Assembly: GCA_002633005.1 (NCBI GenBank)
Contig: NMRA01000778.1
Span: forward strand, 62,001 to 126,000
DNA: 64,000 bases
Direction of reading: 5' to 3'
Source of the DNA: Phoronis australis
Lineage: Eukaryota > Animalia > Phoronida
In this document: one piece after another, positions 27,001 to 36,000 of the stretch
Layout: the number at the start of each line of letters is the position of its first letter
Numbering within the stretch: the stretch's first letter is position 1
Notes under the pieces: generated by a model
What the model was told of the DNA's origin: nothing
The model's input: only the letters and a program-made list of their open reading frames with translations
The model's database searches: none
Translations under genes and position numbers: made by a program

Positions 27001-30000
27001 GACATTTCTCATTTCTGTCTTTGCTGGCACACTGCTAATTATTTCTGACTGCTTCACTAATGGACAGGGTTTGCTGGAACAGTTTTCTTATTTACTTCCT
27101 TTTGAACTGCATAGAGGAGTTTATGCCATGTCTTTGTGGTGTTGCCTGTTACTGGTGTTTCAAAACAAACCTCTTTTTCTTCCTGCAAATCTCCTGTACT
27201 CAATTTTGAATGCCGGTGAGGCTGGCCGTGTTTTCACCGAGTCCCTCATGGTCAGTATTTATAATGTTAGTTAACCCTCGATATAAAGAAAAAATGATCC
27301 GTAAATGATCTCAATTAGAAGTCTCAATATCATTAGAATCGCAGAATTATTACTGTCACCGATCACCTCGGAATGGACCAGTGTCTTTTGACGGCGAGAG
27401 GGAGTGCATAAAAGCTGACTTCATGTATTATCTGGAGGATTCTGTGTCCAAGAAAACCCTTCGTTGGGTCTCCATAGACCACAATGTAAAAATCATATTG
27501 TTTAACATAGTCCATCTGCTCATTCATCCGCATGTGCTATGTATACCCATGTCGAAACTGTGGGCATGCGTATATCATAGTACACAGACGTCCGAGTTGC
27601 TCTAATTCTGATTGGTCACTCCTATCACATCTTTCACATTTTAACCAATCAGTTTTTACGGTGGTTTGATGCGATGAGTGCCTTTTCACATATGGCGCGA
27701 TTGTCGGCAATTGTATCTGTCGTCTTTAGTTCTATGGTAATGCACCATTTCATTCTAAGTTGTGATAACTATTCTGAACTAAGAGAAAATTTTGTTGAAG
27801 TGTACTACTGGAATTTTCTATAGATTAATGTCAACAAGTGATGATGCTGAATTAGTAATCTAAAGTATGTAAATAATTAATGTATTTTATGGTTTTTGTC
27901 TCCATGATTGCTTGCTGCACTCTTAAGTATGTTACATGTTGTACTTTTGTACAGTGAGCCTATGGCCTTTATTACAGAAATAAATTGATATGATTGTTTC
28001 ATCAGATCACTGGGTACAATGGGAGATTTTCAATGTCAACCCTAGGGGGAGCTCCCAACAATTACTGTTAGTGGATATGACTACTATTATGCCACAAACT
28101 CATCAGACTGTTGTCAGAAGCTTAATATGTCGGAAATGCATTTCTGGTTAAGTTTCAACTTTGTGGTGGGCGGTGAATTTTGGTATTTAGCGTTTTTTAG
28201 TTTTACTTCAAAAATTTGCTTTTCATGTCTATAATACTTTAATTGCTTGTATAGTTTATACAAATACTTCTTTTTATTGTGTGTCAAGGCACACAAAATC
28301 ATAGACATTGTAGACAGTAGTTTTTTAGGCAATTCGTGATTATGTAAAATGTAAATTGGAACTGATTGACTGATGATATTTTTAATGCTTGTGTCTTAAA
28401 TCTTCTCTGGTAGCTGTGAATTTAGTTGAAAATAACAAAAAATGAATAATTTGGCTATTGTGACCTATGTACTGTTACTTTGTCATTGCAGTGCATGGTC
28501 ATCTTACCACGGTTCTGTGGTGTTGATGAAGTGTTTGCAGTTATCTAATTAATGTGATTGTAAATATCTCTGGCCATCTTGCATAATATTCTCGACAGCA
28601 CCATGTAAAATAAGACTGCCATCTTACTGTGGTCAAATCCAATCTATGTGAACTCCACCTTCTTGCCAAGGTTTTACACGTCTCGACTCATCTTCATTGT
28701 AGAAAACATGACCAGCCATCTTGTCATCCTTTGTAGATGTATACTAGACATTGTGGATATGGTGGAAAACATCGTATAACCGTGTTGCTACTGTGGCGAC
28801 ATCTACCTGTCATAATCATCTTGCCGTCTTTTGCAGACAAACTCATCCACGCTCGACTCCTTGTGCAGCTTTTTCAAGAACGAGAACTCGGAGTAAGTTT
28901 TTAACAAAAGTCATAATGTGTGACCAAAATGTGACTGTTGTTCTTATGTTGACTGATAAAAGACTGGTTATCCCCTGGTTTAACTCTGCATGGAAGCGAT
29001 CCTCTAGTCAAGTTGTTTGTCAAATCTCTCAGGAGTCTCAAACTTTTATAAGAGATTGTTCCATTGTCTCCTAAGTGTTTCCCAACGTTATTTTTCAATT
29101 AGAGTTCCGTAATCTTCTTACGAAACAAAAGTTTAAATTAATTTATCTCTTTTCAAATATAAAATATATAGCCTTATTTTGCTCTGAATTTAAAGTGTGC
29201 TAAATTGGCAAACTAGCTTGAAAAGTTGCTTTTCTCTCAAAAATGTATGACGTGCAATGATTATGTCATGACGGAGGTCACAACCAATGAGAACATGTGC
29301 CATTTTTGAATTCACAATTCTAGGGTTGGCTAATTTTAATAATATCCTTAGTTGGTACTTGTGTCTGATGGTTTCTAGTTGGGAACAAAAAGACATCCTA
29401 TTGTGGTGAGGGATGGTTTTATGAGTAAAAGGATGATTTTCATGTTTATCCAGGTAATCAGTGTGAGGTGCAGTTTTAACTAGAAAACAAACAACTTTTG
29501 ACGCTCTAAAATTTCCCTGCCCCTATGGGCCAGCTAGTGCCATGCCCCCTGGTGTGGCAACAATGAACTAGCTTCTGTATCTCTCAGATACCTTGTACTC
29601 ATCTGGGTTAACATCCAAAGTACTTGAACTGGGAGCTCAGAAATCACAGGGTGGGCATCAAACTTTGTTTACAAATGATTTTTTGAACATTTGCTGTCAT
29701 ATTAGTCCATGGTCGGAAGGTCCTGGCTAGTGCCTCCATGGGCCAGCTATTTCCATGTCCCCTGCTGTAGCCACTGCTAACTAGCCTCTGTATTCCCCAG
29801 GTATACCATTTACCAACATGTCAGCACAATCTGTTCATGTGGTTCTCAGCCTTAAGTCAGATGGTCCTGGCTAGTGCCCCATGGGCCAGCTACCTCCATG
29901 CCCCCTGTCTTCGTTTTTACTAACTGCCTGCTGTATTCTCCAGGTATACCATCTACCTACAGTTCTACAATCTGTTCATGTGGTTCTGGGTCATGAACTT

Positions 30001-33000
30001 CATCGTGGCCTTTGGTCAGATGGTGCTGGCTGGTGCCTTCGCCTCCTTCTACTGGGCCTTTAACAAGCCAGATGACATTCCAGCCTTTGCTGTCACTCAG
30101 TCTGTAGGCAGGACACTGCTGTAAGTTACTCTCACACTAGTGGGTGTTATCAAGGCTTGGAATTTTCCGCGGAAACGCAGATTTCTGCTTTTTTCAAATG
30201 TTCTGTCGGCATATTTTATTATATTTCCGCGTAAAAAAAATGGATTTGAAATAAAATTTCCGCGGCAAATTTCTTTCTTACCGCGGCGTTGCCGATGACT
30301 TTCACCTCAAAAAGCGGAAGTTGCTTATTATGTTTCGGAAGGAACGTAACTTATCAACATTGCTGGGGCATCTGGGATAGTGTGGTGGATTTCTTCAATG
30401 GCGTCTCGTGTGATTGTAAACCGCGGTGACAAATACTACGACTCTGCAGCCAAAAATGTGTGGAGATGTGATGATGGACGAGCTAAAAAGACGCAGACGC
30501 ACGCTTCTGGAGGTGGTACCGGTTTTTTTTAGTCCTCTCGATTTTTGTCGGCAAAAGGTCCACATCGACTATTTCAAGGCTGGATGCGCGCATGTTTTGG
30601 GCCGTAAAAATTTCTGTTTTTTTATCATTGATCATTCCAAGCCCTGTGTTATGAGGATTCAATGAACAACATGAAGTATACTATGAATATCTCAATTTAG
30701 GGAAGATTTAGATCATGAGCATGACGGCACTCATGTGACTATGCTCCTGCATGATTATCTGATTGCATGCATTTCTACGGGAAGAATCCGTGTTACACTA
30801 GCACCACCTAGTGAGTTTCAAGTCTACTTTTGATGTGGAAAATACCTTAAGCATTAATTTCGTTATGGCACGTCTTCAAAAATGTCAAAATTAAATTTTC
30901 TAAGTTGGTTGAGTTCTGGGTGTTTCTTGCAACTTATTCCGTTCATTTTTGAAAGTGCGTTTTGAAGGTTTTCCTTAATGTTCATTGAAAAAATTGTTGC
31001 AGTTGACAATGTCCACTATGCTGTATGTGAAGTTGCAAGGCATGGTTTCATTTGAAAGTTGCTGAGCACTAGGTAGTTGACGAGATGGTGTCTATGTTTC
31101 TTTGAAACTAGTTGTTGTTTTCAGCTACCACACGGGGTCTCTGGCGTTTGGCTCCTTGATCATCGCCATCATTCAAATCATCCGTGTCCTGCTCGAGTAC
31201 GCTGACAACAAACTGAAAGGCACGGAGAATCAAGTGGCCAAGTTTATTCTCAAGTAAGTCTTCTACTTGAAGATTATGTAGGACCTTATCAAAAATCTGT
31301 GTAAACTATTTAGCCAGAGATCTGCAAAACTATGGATTTTAACTCTCGGTAAAAGTGTATATTAGAAAACTTGTAGAATTCAATTTTGACTTTTTAGTAA
31401 AATTTAGCAACAAGGAATGCACATTGATAACAAAATTCAGTATCAATATCATGGCCATACAGTTTTCTAAATTATCATTTTGTTTAACAGATTTTTTTGA
31501 TCGCCATTCATATAAAAGTGGATCATTTTAGGGAATAATTGCAAACAACATTTTGAAGAACATTGCATAAAACATAGTATCTGAAAGATTCATAACAATC
31601 CAATGTGCCATGATGTTCAGCAGTTTGCCAAATTTGCACATTATGCTAGGATCCTACTTAACCATAAAGGTATAGTCTGGGAAACCATTTACTAGTCTTA
31701 TGTTTATCGTGTGTAAAGCAAGATCTCACAGTACTTTGCAAAATCGCGCAAGTTTTCACAAGTATACTCGGGAACTTACTCGCTTATCCAAACAAAATGG
31801 TGGCCTTTCAAGTTTTGAATCATGGGAATAAATGTGGTGTTTTCATTTCTTAAGTCGAGATTTTTCTCCAGTAGTGCAAGCTAATGTTTTGCGGTCTACA
31901 AAACTATACTCTGGATTTTCATTGGATTCTCTTTTCATTTTTAATTGACAAGCTGATGATTCATGGCCTCAGTATTTACAAAACATTTAATTTACAAAAT
32001 TTATAAACAGTTGACCTCATTCTCTGACTATTCACTACGTAGCAGTTTTCAATCTCTCTAAGTTCATTTTTGCACTCCAGTAATTGCCAAGATTGCAATT
32101 AAAATTCACAAGACAAAACCCAAACCTCAGTTAATTTACTATTAGTTGTTCTGAGCAAACCTGAAAATAATGAAGACAAAATCTGAATGTCTAACTTTTG
32201 TGAGATAAGTTGAAGACTGATCTCTGTAACATACTCTTCAATCATAATTTCCTTCTTTTATCCGTATACTATGTGTAGTTTTACTTGAGCCCAGTTGTTG
32301 TGTGTATCAAGACAGTGTATGGTGCGTGTATCAATGTTGTGCACTGCCACTGTATTAAGGTTGTGTAAGGTAACTGTGTCATGGTTGTGTATTGTGATCG
32401 TTCCAGGTGCCTGAAGTGTTGTTTCTGGTGTCTGGAGAAGTTTATGAAGATGATCAATAAGAATGCCTACATCTTGGTAAGTCAAACATGGGCGCCATCT
32501 ATTGAAGGCAATGATCGCTAGTTATCTTTTTGTCGTCTGGGTGTTGGCTATTGTGTGAAAGTGGATAAAATGAAAAATCATGAAGGATTGATGAGCAATG
32601 ATTGTTCCTTTCAATAGTGTTGTTTGTATTGACAATGCCATCTAGTGTCTTCAATAGTGCTCCCTTTTGACTGGAAATTATGGTTTTGATTAAAAGTAAA
32701 TAAACCATTCTTTTTCTAAGTAATCCATTTCTTTGTTTTTAGTTTTCAATTTTAGGTTAAAATTCTATATTTAGAATTAGTTTTAATATGCACCTTGCAA
32801 GTCAAATGCGAAAGTAAAGATGTCTGTGCGAACTTGGGGAAGATACCAAACATGTTCCGGGTAAAATGTGAAATTTACCATGATCACAATTGTTGCTAGG
32901 TAGCTGTTGCGTAAAGTAGAAAGTTACAACCTGGAATTTTTACATGTCAGCATTCGTTAAGTGTAAAGTTGAAACAACTTTTAAATAAGTGATATATTAA

Positions 33001-36000
33001 TTGCACTGATATATTGTCTTTAGATTGCTATCTATGGCAAAAACTTCTGCACGTCTGCCAAGAACGCCTTCTTCCTTATCATGCGGAACATTGTCAGGTG
33101 AGTTACGTCGAGCAATGGAGTCGCAAGTTCACAGATTACATTTTCTGTAGATGAACACTTTGCGAAGACCTTCATTGTACAACTGTTGTGGAAGGTCTGC
33201 AAAATTTGTTTCAAATTCAGAATTGCAACAACTTGTGCCACGCAATTTGTTTCCAGAAATCCTTAAATAATAAATACATCATTTTGTGTAAATTGTAACA
33301 TTTGGGGATCGTAAAATGTCTTAGTTGGTTGTGATTAATCAGGGTTATTGCATTTTACAACGTACGCCTAATTTTATCATCATGCAGCTCAAAAAGGTGT
33401 TGATTCATTTCGCATCAAAATCAGTAATTGGAGAACACGATCCGTAGTTCCCCGTCAAGGTGGCTGCGGAATTCACCTTCAGAGAAGGATGCATCATGAC
33501 TTGTATTTTATCAACTATTGACGTGTACTTTACATCGAGACTGATATATTTGTTACTAGACTCGGTTAATTGTTTTTATTTGATTTCAAATTTCAAATAT
33601 TGATTTTCTGTGCAAAGTGTAAATCTTGGCCAGCTTCCTCCTGTTTTCATTTGTCCATAAACTCTTTCGCACAACCATCATTAAAACTTCGCCAATTCCA
33701 AAATCCCGGTCTCCTCTCCATTAATTTCACATGACATCATTTCTTTACAGAGTTGTGGTCATTGACAAAGTGACAGACTTTATTCTGTTCATTGGAAAGT
33801 TGGTTGTTGTCGGCGCCATCGGTAAGAAACAAGCTTGCAGTTTGATGCAATAATTACATAATTGGCATGATTGATTAGTTGCTAGGACGTGCACTATTGT
33901 AACTATGGTGCAGTAGAAGTAGACTATTGTGTGTTGTGATGTTATGTGCTCCAAGTATGATATGTTTTTAACAGTGATGGATTTCGTCTTGGCAAAAGTT
34001 CATCAAAATTCATGGGGCTTAAATTTTCTGTTATTTCTCAAATTTAAAATGCTCTACAATCAAAGTTGTTTTTATTCCTTCTCGATTTTTGTCATAACCT
34101 TGACGTTGCTAATTAGATTTTAGTTGTGTAATATCCAGATGCATTTAGCATAATTTCTAGTCTACGGTAAAAATCCTTTAATTTGGAACAGTGTGAAATT
34201 TAGGTCATGGAAATTAAGGAAGAAATTGAATTTTCATTATTCTGAAGATTGGGACACAGTCGAGCTTGACGTTTGTCAAATTTCTCAAATTATGGACACT
34301 GCATCGGTGTATCAACCGAGTCTGGAAATAGACTTGACACGTCATAAAGTCATTAAGTACAGCTGCCAGCACAACTTTTTCACGGGTCCTCGTAGTGTAT
34401 AACTTCAAGGAGAATGGTCATTTGTCATTGATCCTATTTCCTGAATTTGGGATGGCCAATATTGCATGATTTCTAAATTAGGTATAAGTTCTGACCTCGA
34501 GCTAATTTAAATTTCACTGTCCCAAGCTATAGACTGTTTACCGTAATGTTCATGGTTTGCTGTTCATGTATTCACATCTTTATTATAGCCGCGCCAGCCT
34601 TTTTCTTCTTCAGTGGAAAAATAAAATTCCCCCTCTACGATACGCCCGATCTCAATTTCTACGTTCTTCCGATCGCGGTAAGTCCACGCCCCCCGCTGCT
34701 TGCTGCTGCACGCCACAATCGTGTTGTGTTTGAGTTTTGTTCGGATTCCTTGCAGATTATTTTGGCAGTACCATGTATTCGTCACACTATTTACAGTCAA
34801 ACTTTTTTAGTTTCGGACTTTTCAGAAGCATTTAATGTTTGGTTACATAACTGAGATGACACTGATGTGTCTGTTTCAATACTTGATACCTGCATGTGAT
34901 CATTCTCAAATCATAGTTTGAACCCCCATTTGCTAGTCAGGCAGTCCATTGTTTGAAACTCTTCGACTTTGAAAATACCACAGCTGTTACCATGTGGAAG
35001 TTTCTAGCATTCACTGACCTTGATCACCAAACAATTTGCTACTGTGTTCGAAACCTAGGAAGTTTCATGGTCTTCATTTCCAGGTGCGGAAAACCAGCGA
35101 GAAGTAAGAAATTCTTTAACTATTAGGAATAATTGCTGTTGGTGATGGTTTCCACAGACAACCATCGCAATAGTGTCCATTCAAGGCTGTGAAGAGATGA
35201 GAGGCTCACCTTATTTCAAGCCAGGAGATTGTTGATAGTACTTCTAATCAGATTTTCTTAACACAGATGTGCGACCTGACACAAGTCTTGAATGGGACAA
35301 AGGTGAAAGTGACTGTGTAGTTACTGTATATTTGATTTCAGACCAGATTTTACATTTACGTTCAGCCACGAACCTATTGAATCACCGGCTGCATTCTGGC
35401 TGTGGTGCACACACACGAGCAGCACCACTGATTGCATTATGGCTGGGTTGCATCAACATTCTGATTTGATCACCTGCGACATTTGCCGCTTTGTCCCACC
35501 CCTGCATTCCATCTTGTTGATAACATTATCTCTCAACAGGTGGCGCCTCATACTACTTCTTCAGCGGGTCAATTGTTAAGACCCTGCCGTTCTTGGCCAG
35601 CTATGTTCCAAGCACACTCAACTTCTGGGTGTTGCCTGTGATTGTGAGTAATGCTAGTATTGCCTTGACACACTGGCTTCTCTGTTGGCTTCCATCCATC
35701 TTGAACTATTTCTCTTTTAACCTTCAACCTATAACCTTTCACCTCCCTAGCGTGCTTCCTCCTTCCAGGTGGCTTTCACACAATATGCACAGATTTGTTT
35801 CCATTGCTAAGTTTGTTACTGGGCAGTTTGTTGAACTATGCAAGCAACAAGTCCCTCAATATCCACTAGGTGGTGCTAAGTGTCGTCTTTCTATTATCCT
35901 AGCAGGGATAAGTGTCCCTTGCATATTCTGACCAGGTTTCACCAGCACCACCTAGTGAGCATAATGCCAGTACGTGTACTTTGCTCAGCACTATAGCCAA

